Shown: piece by piece, positions 17,081 through 23,939 of the stretch
Position numbering within the stretch: the stretch's first letter is position 1
Layout of the letters: the number at the start of each line of letters is the position of its first letter
NCBI GenBank assembly: GCA_007127255.1
Contig: SKZS01000077.1
Location: 1-32,137, forward strand
From: Syntrophomonadaceae bacterium
Lineage (GTDB): Bacteria; Bacillota; Dethiobacteria; DTU022
Reading direction: 5' to 3'
DNA: 32,137 nucleotides
Notes under the pieces: generated by a model
The model's database searches: none
Told to the model about the DNA's origin: nothing
The model's input: the letters and a program-made list of their open reading frames with translations, nothing else
Position numbers and translations under genes: made by a program

Positions 17081-18040
17081 TTATTTTTCTACAGTAAAAT
17101 CGTTTTCTTCCATCCAGTCATCAGAGTAGATGCTGGAAATATAGTTGCGGCCGGTATCGGGAAGCATCACTACTATCACTTTTTCTTCCTGAAAACGTGC
17201 CGCATATTTTAACGCAGCGGCAACTGCCGTTCCTGTAGATCCACCTGCCAGCAGACCCTCTTCACGGGTCAGCCGCCTGGCCATGTCAAAGGATTCCTGG
17301 TCCTTAATCCGAATCATCTCATCAACCACATCGCGATCATAGGTTTCGGGGAAGAAATCCTCACCAATACCTTCCACTTTATAGGGTTTTGGCAAATCTC
17401 CTGAGAGAATTGATCCTGCCGGATCAGCACCAACCACTACCAGGGAAGGTTTTTTTTCTTTCAAGTAACGCCCGGCCCCGGAAATGGTACCACCCGTGCC
17501 AATACCGGCTACGAATACATCCACCTGCTCATCTGTGTCTTCCCATATTTCCGGCCCTGTGGTTTGGTAATGGGTCATAGGATTAACCTGGTTGGTAAAT
17601 TGATTCGGCCGAAAGGCACCTGGTATCTCCCGGGACAATCTGTCCGCAACACCATTATAGCTTTCCGGTGAATCGGGGGGGACGTCTGTTCGGGTTATAA
17701 CCACTTCAGCCCCATATGCTTTCAGCAAATCGACCTTATCGCGGCTCATCTTGTCGGGCAGGACAAAAACACAGCGGTATCCCCGTGTGGCGGCAGCCAG
17801 CGCCAAACCCACCCCTGTATTCCCGGCAGTAGCTTCAACAATAGTACCCCCCGGTTTGAGCAGGCCTGCTCTTTCGGCCTCTTCAACCATGGTCAGACCA
17901 ATACGATCTTTTACACTACCACCGGGATTTATACTTTCCATTTTGACCAATACGATGGCCTTAATCCCTGTTGTAACCCGGTTCAGTCGGACCAGCGGTG
18001 TTCTGCCGATTAACTCTTCAACGCGTTTAAAGTAACGCAT
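17081..18040 (-). CDS. cystathionine beta-synthase-like / O-acetylserine-dependent cysteine synthase family (MccA/CysK-like, no CBS domains)
   Basis: 319 aa with the PLP-Lys motif NPGGSVKDRIG, EATAGNTGVGLA, GIGTGGTISG and a CBS-type YKVEGIGEDFFP loop. Confidence 0.85.
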   Translation of the reverse strand: MRYFKRVEELIGRTPLVRLNRVTTGIKAIVLVKMESINPGGSVKDRIGLTMVEEAERAGLLKPGGTIVEATAGNTGVGLALAAATRGYRCVFVLPDKMSRDKVDLLKAYGAEVVITRTDVPPDSPESYNGVADRLSREIPGAFRPNQFTNQVNPMTHYQTTGPEIWEDTDEQVDVFVAGIGTGGTISGAGRYLKEKKPSLVVVGADPAGSILSGDLPKPYKVEGIGEDFFPETYDRDVVDEMIRIKDQESFDMARRLTREEGLLAGGSTGTAVAAALKYAARFQEEKVIVVMLPDTGRNYISSIYSDDWMEENDFTVEK

Positions 18041-18104
18041 ATTATCTGCTCCTTTCCTTAATTTTAAATTAAATCATCTTTCTAAATATAAAAGTTTGAA
18101 TTTG

Positions 18105-18133
18105 ACTATATGTTAGATTATATACTATGTCAA
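18105..18133 (-). promoter_or_regulatory. candidate sigma-A promoter of the CBS-like/gamma-lyase operon
   Basis: The minus strand reads TTGACA (18133-18128), a 17-nt spacer, then TATAGT (18110-18105). This is about 65 nt upstream of ATG 18040. Confidence 0.4.
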
Positions 18134-18330
18134 TAGGATATATGGCTTATTGATAATAAACTTTTCACTCCTCTAATACGGGGAAGACAAGGCTGCTCTT
18201 GTTATTAACATCGCATCAAATCGTTACAGCATTGTTTGCTTTGATAATAACCACTACCCTATCAACAACACAAACCAACCAAACTATTGCCGCCTTTTAC
18301 GGTAACCGGGGGTAGATACAAATTTAGGGG

Positions 18331-18376
18331 TTGCGTAACATGTAAAACACTGCTACAATATACCTATAGGGGGTAT
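18331..18376 (+). promoter_or_regulatory. promoter plus CsoR-type operator upstream of the copZ remnant and YHS gene
   Basis: TTGCGT (18331-18336), a 17-nt spacer, then TACAAT (18354-18359). It is immediately followed by the GC-centred pseudo-palindrome ATACCTATAGGGGGTAT (18360-18376). This resembles known CsoR boxes (TACC...GGGGGTA) and the second box at 19434-19452. Confidence 0.6.
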
Positions 18377-18408
18377 GTATGCAGTTTATTACAAGGGAGA
18401 TAGAAGAA

Positions 18409-18656
18409 ATGTACACTCTGTTATAAAGTCAGGAAATCACAGTAATATATGTATCCGAAATGAGTTGCAATCATTATATTCAGCAAGTCAGAAAAGAATC
18501 ATAACAAACCATGGGAATTAATTTGAAACAGGTAATTTCTATGCCGAAAAAGCTTACGTAGAATATGACCCTGCTGTAATAATTGAAGAAATTCTACTTC
18601 AGGTAATTCAGAAAACAGGATATAAAGCTGCCTTGTCCGGAAAACAATCTGCATAA
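18409..18656 (+). pseudogene. copZ: decayed copZ-like heavy-metal-associated (HMA) copper chaperone gene
   Basis: My translation gives MYTLL-stop-SQEITVIYVSEMSCNHYIQQVRKES-stop-QTMGINL. After a 1-nt frameshift it continues ETGNFYAEKAYVEYDPAVIIEEILLQVIQKTGYKAALSGKQSA-stop. The HMA fold pattern is recognisable, but there are two in-frame TAA stops and one frameshift. The metal-binding CxxC is mutated to CNHY. Confidence 0.75.
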
Positions 18657-18695
18657 GTTTAGATTTCTGGCATAGAGGGAAAAGGAGGTTAGATT

Positions 18696-18920
18696 ATGTA
18701 TTATGATCCAGTATGTAAAAATACCTTAACAGAAGAACAGGTAAAAAAAACTTATACATTTGATGGAAAAACATATGAGTTTTGCTGCGATTATTGCCGC
18801 GAGAAATTTAGTGATTCTCCAGAAACCTATATTGGTAAGAACTGGTGGCAGCGATTTCTCTACAGGCTGGCAGAATCCAATGCTGAAGAGTTTAAAGGGA
18901 AAAATCCTACCTGCCACTGA
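18696..18920 (+). CDS. YHS-domain metal-binding protein
   Basis: 74 aa. YYDPVCKNTL...YTFDGKTYEFCCDYCREKFSDSPETY fits the YHS pattern (DPVC ... Y.F.G..Y.FC...C...F...PE.Y). The C-terminal tail ends in CH. A strong RBS AAAGGAGG sits 8 nt upstream. Confidence 0.75.
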   Translation: MYYDPVCKNTLTEEQVKKTYTFDGKTYEFCCDYCREKFSDSPETYIGKNWWQRFLYRLAESNAEEFKGKNPTCH

Positions 18921-19026
18921 CAGCCTATCTACTATCTTTTACCGAAACCTTTCCGTAAACATTTAATAAAACCCACTTCTCTCTATTGCTGTGAGCAATA
19001 TAATAAAATGCTGGTTTCTGATATAT

Positions 19027-19362
19027 TTACATAAGCCTTTTTATTACGTCCATAAGTTCTTCTATTGTGCTCTCTTCACTATCTTTACTCAGAATAGCTG
19101 TACTGACACATCCCCTGGTATGATCTTCCAGTATTAACATAGCCAGGCGAGCGAGGGCCATTCTTGAGGCAGCAATCTGATTCAACACATCAACACAATA
19201 CCTTTCTTCCTCAACCATTCGTTGTATTCCCCTAACCTGACCTTCCACCCGCTTCAAGCCATCCAAAATCTTTTTTTTGTTTTCCTGGTAACTTCCTTGA
19301 ACTTGATGGTGACATATTGCACCATTTTCTGAATGATCGTTGGTAACACTTTTTTCAGTCAT
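19027..19362 (-). CDS. csoR: CsoR-family metal-sensing transcriptional repressor (Cu(I)-type C-H-C ligand set)
   Basis: 111 aa. It contains LKRVEGQVRGIQRMVEEERYCVDVLNQIAASRMALARLAMLILEDHTRGCV, which carries the x-C-H-C fingerprint (YC ... H-x3-C). The N-terminal extension is His/Cys-rich (AICHHQ). Confidence 0.8.
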   Translation of the reverse strand: MTEKSVTNDHSENGAICHHQVQGSYQENKKKILDGLKRVEGQVRGIQRMVEEERYCVDVLNQIAASRMALARLAMLILEDHTRGCVSTAILSKDSEESTIEELMDVIKRLM

Positions 19363-19430
19363 AAAAATATGCTCCTTTTATAGGGCTTACAATAACCTGG
19401 TAATAATTGTTATGAATATATCTTTAAAAT

Positions 19431-19460
19431 ATTATAAACCCTAGGGGAGTATAGTGTCAA
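19431..19460 (-). promoter_or_regulatory. csoR promoter with an embedded CsoR box (autoregulation)
   Basis: The minus strand reads TTGACA (19460-19455), an 18-nt spacer, then TATAAT (19436-19431). The spacer and -10 region carry ATACTCCCCTAGGGTTTAT (plus-strand coordinates 19434-19452). This is related to the box at 18360-18376. Confidence 0.6.
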
Positions 19461-19536
19461 GGCTTGATTGCCAGGAGGGCCGGCGTTCTATAAATGATTA
19501 TTGAAAACTGTTTTTTTCTCTTAACCGGCAACATCA

Positions 19537-20388
19537 TTATTGGTTACCATTACCGGATGGGAGGACATCATTCATACTGCCACTACGAAATCCACCCAAA
19601 TCAAGGGTCACGTATAAAAAACCAATTCTTTTTAGTTTCAACAGTACCGTTTCCGCAACTTCCAGCAAGCGTGGCATATCTTCTTTAGGAACCTCAATCC
19701 GGGCAATTTTGCCGTGATATCTAACCCGTAACTGTTTAAAATTGAGTTCCTTTAAACTTCTTTCCGCTTTTCTGATCTGTGCAAGAATCTCCGGGGTAAT
19801 GCGGGTACCGTACGGAACTCGTGATGAAAGACAGGCCATGGACGGTTTCTCCGCTGTAGGTAGATTATAAAAACGGGAGAGTTCACGAATATCCACCTTG
19901 GTCAACTCTGCCTCCTGGAGCGGGCTGCGCACTTTTAGCTCTAAACCTGCTTTCATTCCAGGTCTGTGATCAGCCAGATCATCGTGGTTGGCGCCGTCCA
20001 AAACAAACTGGAAACCCCTTTCTCTCGCTATATTCCAAAGCTTTCCGAATAACTCTTTTTTGCAGTAATAGCATCTTTCCGGGGGGTTTTCCACGAAATG
20101 TTCATTTGCAAGTTCTTCGCTCTTGATTACTTCATATGCAACCCCAAAATCTTCTGCCAGGCGCTGCGCATCTTGAAACTCTTCTTGTGGATAGGTCTCG
20201 GACCGGGCAATTACCGCCAGGACCTTTTTTCCTAGCACTCTGGAAGCCAGGTATAGAAGAAGGGCGCTGTCTACCCCTCCCGAAAAAGCTACCAGTACAC
20301 TCTCCATCTCTCCAAGTATTTTCTGCAGGGTTTTTAGTTTTTTCCCCAGTGGACCGACTGTAATTGGTAAATGATCTATTTTGGCCAT
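19537..20388 (-). CDS. larE: LarE, the ATP-dependent (PP-loop) sulfur transferase of nickel-pincer nucleotide biosynthesis, three-cysteine type
   Basis: 283 aa with PP-loop VAFSGGVDS. It is collinear by eye with L. plantarum LarE. DGANHDDLADHRPGMKAG matches DGMIKNDENDYRPGLKAR, and ACLSSRVPYG matches SCSVSSRFPYG (the sacrificial Cys176 position). VTLDLGGFRSGSMND matches VTLDLGGFRSGRMND. Where L. plantarum has WYYAKK, this protein has CYYCKK, giving a CxxC plus C triad. Confidence 0.85.
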   Translation of the reverse strand: MAKIDHLPITVGPLGKKLKTLQKILGEMESVLVAFSGGVDSALLLYLASRVLGKKVLAVIARSETYPQEEFQDAQRLAEDFGVAYEVIKSEELANEHFVENPPERCYYCKKELFGKLWNIARERGFQFVLDGANHDDLADHRPGMKAGLELKVRSPLQEAELTKVDIRELSRFYNLPTAEKPSMACLSSRVPYGTRITPEILAQIRKAERSLKELNFKQLRVRYHGKIARIEVPKEDMPRLLEVAETVLLKLKRIGFLYVTLDLGGFRSGSMNDVLPSGNGNQ

Positions 20389-20499
20389 TCTAAATACCCT
20401 CTCCTCCCGGACTTAGGGACGTCATACCGTACCCATAACATTCTAGCCAGATGTGCTGATCTGATATTTGCCTTTCATAATGCGGTCTTTTTCACTTTA

Positions 20500-21522
20500 C
20501 TAAGTTCCTATAAATCTTGCATAAAGGTTTCGTGCTTCGGCTTCATCGCTGGTGCCGCGAATAATAGCCCTTCCATTTGGAAATAAAACTATTTCATGCT
20601 GGCCTGTTTTAAAGCTGAGGAGAAAACCGTTGAAAGAAGCATGGCCGGCCTGCTTTAAGTTAGTTTCAAGTTGTTTTAAATCTATATTCTGTTCCGATGA
20701 GGGCATAATTTGGACAGCATTTCGCCCACAGAGTACATTCGTCCATGAAAACGCTGAACCGTCAAGAAATTCATAGCGACCTTCTCCACATGCCGGACAA
20801 TCCTGACGCCGTTCAAGATCAAAGTTGTCAAATTGACGCTGCCAGACATCAAGATAAAGGAGCCCGGGTGTAGGCTCGAATCCGGTCAGCAGACGCAGGG
20901 CTTCAGCACACTGGAGCGAAGCAATCGTTCCGGTAGTCATACTGAGTACTCCTTCTGTGTCACAGTTGGGTAGTGCTCCCACCGGGGGCAGTTGGTCAAA
21001 ATAGCAACGCAGGCAAGAGGTTTGATGTGGAACAATAACCATCAACATGCCAACGGACCCCAAAACCGCGGTGTAAATCCAGGGTATGTTATTTTTAAGA
21101 CAGGCATCATTGATTAAGAAGCGGGTTTCAAGATTATCTGTGCCATCGATGACAAGATCACTGTCTTTTATTATCGTTTCTATATTTCCTGGTGATACGT
21201 CGGCAATAAGGGGTTCAATAGTTATTTCTGAATTAGCAGCAATCAACTTTTTAGCAGCAGCCATCGCCTTGGGCAGACGCTGTTCAGCATCGTATTCGTC
21301 AAAGAGGAGTTGACGCTGTAAGTTGTTTTTTTCTACAAAATCCCGGTCAACCAGTTTGAGCCTTCCAACCCCGGCCCTGCATAAATGACTGCAGCTTACC
21401 GTTCCCAGGGCGCCTAAACCAATAATTGTTACTTCACTTCCTGATATTTTAGCCTGGCCCTTTTCACCGACCGGGCGAAAGAGAATCTGCTTGGCATAAC
21501 GGCTATCTAAAAGATCTCCCAT
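20500..21522 (-). CDS. ThiF/MoeB/HesA-family E1-like adenylyltransferase (long, Bacillus ThiF-like form with a C-terminal extension)
   Basis: 340 aa with SRYAKQILF, nucleotide loop IIGLGALGT and DRDFVEKNNLQRQ. It has Cys pairs CLRC and CPAC. The ~90-aa C-terminal extension is (VLCGRNAVQI ... FPNGRAIIRGTSDEAEARNLYARFIG). Confidence 0.8.
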   Translation of the reverse strand: MGDLLDSRYAKQILFRPVGEKGQAKISGSEVTIIGLGALGTVSCSHLCRAGVGRLKLVDRDFVEKNNLQRQLLFDEYDAEQRLPKAMAAAKKLIAANSEITIEPLIADVSPGNIETIIKDSDLVIDGTDNLETRFLINDACLKNNIPWIYTAVLGSVGMLMVIVPHQTSCLRCYFDQLPPVGALPNCDTEGVLSMTTGTIASLQCAEALRLLTGFEPTPGLLYLDVWQRQFDNFDLERRQDCPACGEGRYEFLDGSAFSWTNVLCGRNAVQIMPSSEQNIDLKQLETNLKQAGHASFNGFLLSFKTGQHEIVLFPNGRAIIRGTSDEAEARNLYARFIGT

Positions 21523-21562
21523 GATAACTTTAATCTCCTATTTATCATTTGCCTTAAATTTT

Positions 21563-22717
21563 TTACCTCATTGGGGAAAACTGGCGAATCTGCTCTACCG
21601 CCTCGGCTATAACATCGATAACATATTCAATCTCTTCTGAAGTATTGTTTATCCCAAGTGAAAAACGTAGTGTCCCTCTGGCTGTGACCGGGTCAAGGCC
21701 AATAGCTGTTAATACATGAGACGGTTCATCAGACCCGGAGCTGCAAGCTGAAGCTGTCGATACGGCAATCCCTTTTGTATCCAGAGCCAGAAGCAGAGCT
21801 TCCCCCTCAAGGAAAGCGAAATTCAAGCTGGTTATATTAGGTACTCTATGCTGGAGGTGGCCGTTAATAGTTACATGATCTATACGTGAAATAATCCCGT
21901 TTTCAAGCCTGTCGCGCAGAGTTGACAAGTTGGCAGCTTCAGTATCAAGTTCATTGGTTGCAAAACGCAGGGCTGTAGCCAGGCCAACCACTCCGGGAAT
22001 ATTTTCAGTTCCGGGGCGTAAAATCTTTTCCTGGTGCCCTCCTTCAAAAAGCGGGGCAAGCTTGACGCCATCACGCTTGAAAAGAGCTCCGGTTCCCTTT
22101 GGACCGTAAATTTTATGAGCTGTGAGGGAGAGCAGGTCAACGCCTATTTCTTTAACGCTGACCGGGATCTTACCTACAGCCTGGACGGCATCAGAGTGAA
22201 CTGCTATGCCCCGCTTACCGGCAAGGGCAGCAATTTCTTTCAGAGGCTGGATCGTGCCGATTTCATTATTAGCTAACATTATACTGATCAAGATGGTATC
22301 GTGACGGATTGCTTTTCTAACTGTTTCAAGCTCAACCAGACCATATTGATCAACCGGCAGATAGGTTACTTCAAATCCCTGCTTCTCAAGTTCATGAAAA
22401 ACGTTGAGGACTGCATGGTGTTCAATGACTGAGGTAACCAGGTGTTTGCCTTGTTTGCTGTTAGCATAAGCAAAACCCTTAATAGCCAAATTATTGCTTT
22501 CCGTGCCACCACTGGTAAAATAGATTTCTTTAGGTTCAGCCTCTATGGCTGAGGCAACCTCATTGCGTGACTCTTCCAATGCACGCTTTGCCTTCTGCCC
22601 TATGGAATACAGGGTGGAGGGGTTTCCGTAAATTTCAGTATAATATGGTCGCATGGCATCAGCAACTTCAGGTAAGACCGCTGTTGTAGCGGCATTATCC
22701 AGGTAAATCTCTTTCAT
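21563..22717 (-). CDS. nifS: cysteine desulfurase, class V aminotransferase (NifS/IscS type)
   Basis: It has IYLDNAATT, the PLP-Lys motif LTAHKIYGPKG and the active-site Cys in STASACSSGS. The ORF track starts at 22723, but GGAGG (22730-22726) is only 2 nt from that ATG and 8 nt from ATG 22717. I therefore prefer 22717. Confidence 0.9.
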   Translation of the reverse strand: MKEIYLDNAATTAVLPEVADAMRPYYTEIYGNPSTLYSIGQKAKRALEESRNEVASAIEAEPKEIYFTSGGTESNNLAIKGFAYANSKQGKHLVTSVIEHHAVLNVFHELEKQGFEVTYLPVDQYGLVELETVRKAIRHDTILISIMLANNEIGTIQPLKEIAALAGKRGIAVHSDAVQAVGKIPVSVKEIGVDLLSLTAHKIYGPKGTGALFKRDGVKLAPLFEGGHQEKILRPGTENIPGVVGLATALRFATNELDTEAANLSTLRDRLENGIISRIDHVTINGHLQHRVPNITSLNFAFLEGEALLLALDTKGIAVSTASACSSGSDEPSHVLTAIGLDPVTARGTLRFSLGINNTSEEIEYVIDVIAEAVEQIRQFSPMR

Positions 22718-22851
22718 GAACATAACCTCCTGCTAACCCCTAAAAAGTTTCTCATCATTATGCCTTCACTTTCGGCAATTTCAGGCGGGCTTATTTATCT
22801 TCAATCTACCTTTTATATTTCTCGACCCTGGCTTTTGGTATTATAAGCTTA

Positions 22852-22902
22852 TTGACATAATTACTATAGTTTCAGTATACTTTACAAGGGAAAAGGTGTC
22901 AA
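22852..22902. promoter_or_regulatory. dyad-symmetric back-to-back promoter pair sharing a palindromic -10
   Basis: On the plus strand: TTGACA (22852-22857), an 18-nt spacer, TATACT (22876-22881). On the minus strand: TTGACA (22902-22897), a 17-nt spacer, TATACT (22879-22874). The two -10 hexamers overlap inside the palindrome AGTATACT (22874-22881). The minus-strand promoter drives nifS-E1-larE. The plus-strand promoter faces the 22.9-23.3 kb gene-poor region. Confidence 0.55.
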
Positions 22903-22948
22903 CACCGGATATTTTTAGCGAATAAACAATTCAAAGGAGTATTTCCTG

Positions 22949-23168
22949 GTGGCTATAATAACACGACAAGAACAAATATTTATAGAAGGAAGAACTTGAA
23001 ATTTTAGATGATCTTGAAATATTCCGGCTCGCAAAAGATTATCTGCCAGATTAAATGCTGATGCAGCACTTAGAAGGAGACAGGGACTGCCGGCGCAATG
23101 ACTACTCCTGTACGGGCTGTATGGAATTCCAGCGTGACCGGGTTAATATATCAGCATCCTTCTACTGA
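22949..23168 (+). pseudogene. possible decayed small ORF (or a 16-codon leader ORF) downstream of the plus-strand promoter
   Basis: AAGGAG (22934-22939) sits 9 nt before GTG 22949. That ORF reads MAIITRQEQIFIEGRT-stop (22997-22999). The +1 frame continues LEILDDLEIFRLAKDYLPD-stop(TAA 23052), then MLMQHLEGDRDCRRNDYSCTGCMEFQRDRVNISASFY-stop (23166-23168). One frameshift plus one stop would restore a ~75-aa product. I recognise no family. Confidence 0.25.
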
Positions 23169-23308
23169 AAACTCAATTTTCTTGCAGCCTCTATTTCGAA
23201 TTTTCTTTCGGCTTCCTAATTACATTTTATTCCATATATAGCTGCGTTTCCGAAAATCGGTTGAATATAAACTAATGTTAGTGCCTAAAAAAAATAAGTG
23301 CCAAGCTA

Positions 23309-23683
23309 TTACTGTTTTTCTTTAAAAACCTCTTCTGCTACCCTGAAGCTGTCAATTGCTGCCGGAACACCGCAGTAAATAGCACACTGTAAAAAGACTT
23401 CCCTTATTTCCTCGGTGGTCACACCATTGTTAAGAGCTCCCCGCACATGCAGCTTCAATTCGTGGGGCCGGTTTAAAGCGGTGATCATGGCCAGGTTAAG
23501 CAGGCTGCGGGTTTTTCTTGAAAGCCCCGGCCTTTTCCAGATTTCTCCCCAGCAATACTGTGTTACAAGTTCCTGCATGGGCCGATTGAACTCAGTCATT
23601 CTGTTAATGGCATTATCCACGTACTCAGAGCCGAGCACTTCTTTACGGACGGCAAGACCTTCATCAAACTTTTTTTGATCCAT
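23309..23683 (-). CDS. carboxymuconolactone decarboxylase (CMD)/AhpD-like family protein
   Basis: 124 aa. The sequence ...ELVTQYCWGEIWKRPGLSRKTRSLLNLAMITALNRPHELKLHVRGALNNGVTTEEIREVFLQCAIYCGVPAA... is the typical gamma-CMD family pattern. Confidence 0.8.
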   Translation of the reverse strand: MDQKKFDEGLAVRKEVLGSEYVDNAINRMTEFNRPMQELVTQYCWGEIWKRPGLSRKTRSLLNLAMITALNRPHELKLHVRGALNNGVTTEEIREVFLQCAIYCGVPAAIDSFRVAEEVFKEKQ

Positions 23684-23877
23684 GTCAAGCTCCTTTCCTG
23701 GAATTATTCTATGGCTTTATAAATCTTATCACTTAGAAAGCCCTGTGACACATACTATTCTATCAAATTCGGACAGTACTTCAAAACTTTCATGATTAAA
23801 ATACAACCTGCTAATATAATACTGCCAGTATTTTGCCTTCTTAAAAACTAATAATCAAATTACAAGAGACCTATATA

Positions 23878-23905
23878 TTGCATTATTGTAATATTATGCT
23901 ATAAT
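23878..23905 (+). promoter_or_regulatory. candidate promoter of the CoADR-rhodanese gene
   Basis: TTGCAT (23878-23883), a 16-nt spacer, then TATAAT (23900-23905), with a TG at 23897-23898 (extended -10). It is about 35 nt upstream of the preferred GTG start. Confidence 0.5.
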
Positions 23906-23939
23906 CTTAATTAGCTAATCTTTGGAGAGGGTGTTTACT

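Noticed and set aside
18041-18330. A possible S-box (SAM-I) riboswitch or T-box leader upstream of the CBS-like/gamma-lyase operon. The same was considered upstream of cysE at 28394-28640.
   Set aside because: I read both leaders on the coding strand. I could not find the conserved S-box core (GAGGGA...GGCCC...CAACC) or a T-box sequence (AATTAGGGTGGTACCGCG-like). The promoters sit only about 65-75 nt from the start codons, which leaves no room for such leaders. The function of 18160-18330 remains unexplained.
18984-19000. The hairpin TATTGCT-GTG-AGCAATA between the convergent YHS and csoR genes, and CTGCAT-AACA-ATGCAG (30858-30873) between the convergent methyltransferase and trpA genes, as bidirectional terminators.
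   Set aside because: The stems are 6-7 bp, AT-rich and have no adjacent U-tract. They are too weak to call.
19027-19362. The CsoR-family repressor as a CstR-type persulfide sensor controlling the surrounding sulfur genes.
   Set aside because: The protein has the Cu(I)-type Cys ... His-x3-Cys ligand set (YC ... DHTRGC). Both operator-like boxes sit at the csoR promoter and at the copZ-remnant/YHS promoter, not upstream of the sulfur genes. Copper sensing is the simpler reading. Dual specificity cannot be excluded from sequence alone.
22724-22870. The ~150-nt leader of nifS as a riboswitch (a TPP-like element was considered because of the ThiF-like gene).
   Set aside because: I could not find the TPP core (CTGAGA ... 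ACCTGATCTGGATAATGCCAGCG). No convincing conserved-looking helices were visible by eye. The leader is left unannotated.
19400-22900. A search for a ThiS/MoaD-like sulfur-carrier gene next to the E1-like gene.
   Set aside because: No listed ORF of 60-100 aa in or around the operon ends in Gly-Gly. The intergenic gaps (110 nt and 40 nt) are too short. A carrier smaller than the 60-aa ORF-track cutoff or encoded elsewhere cannot be excluded.
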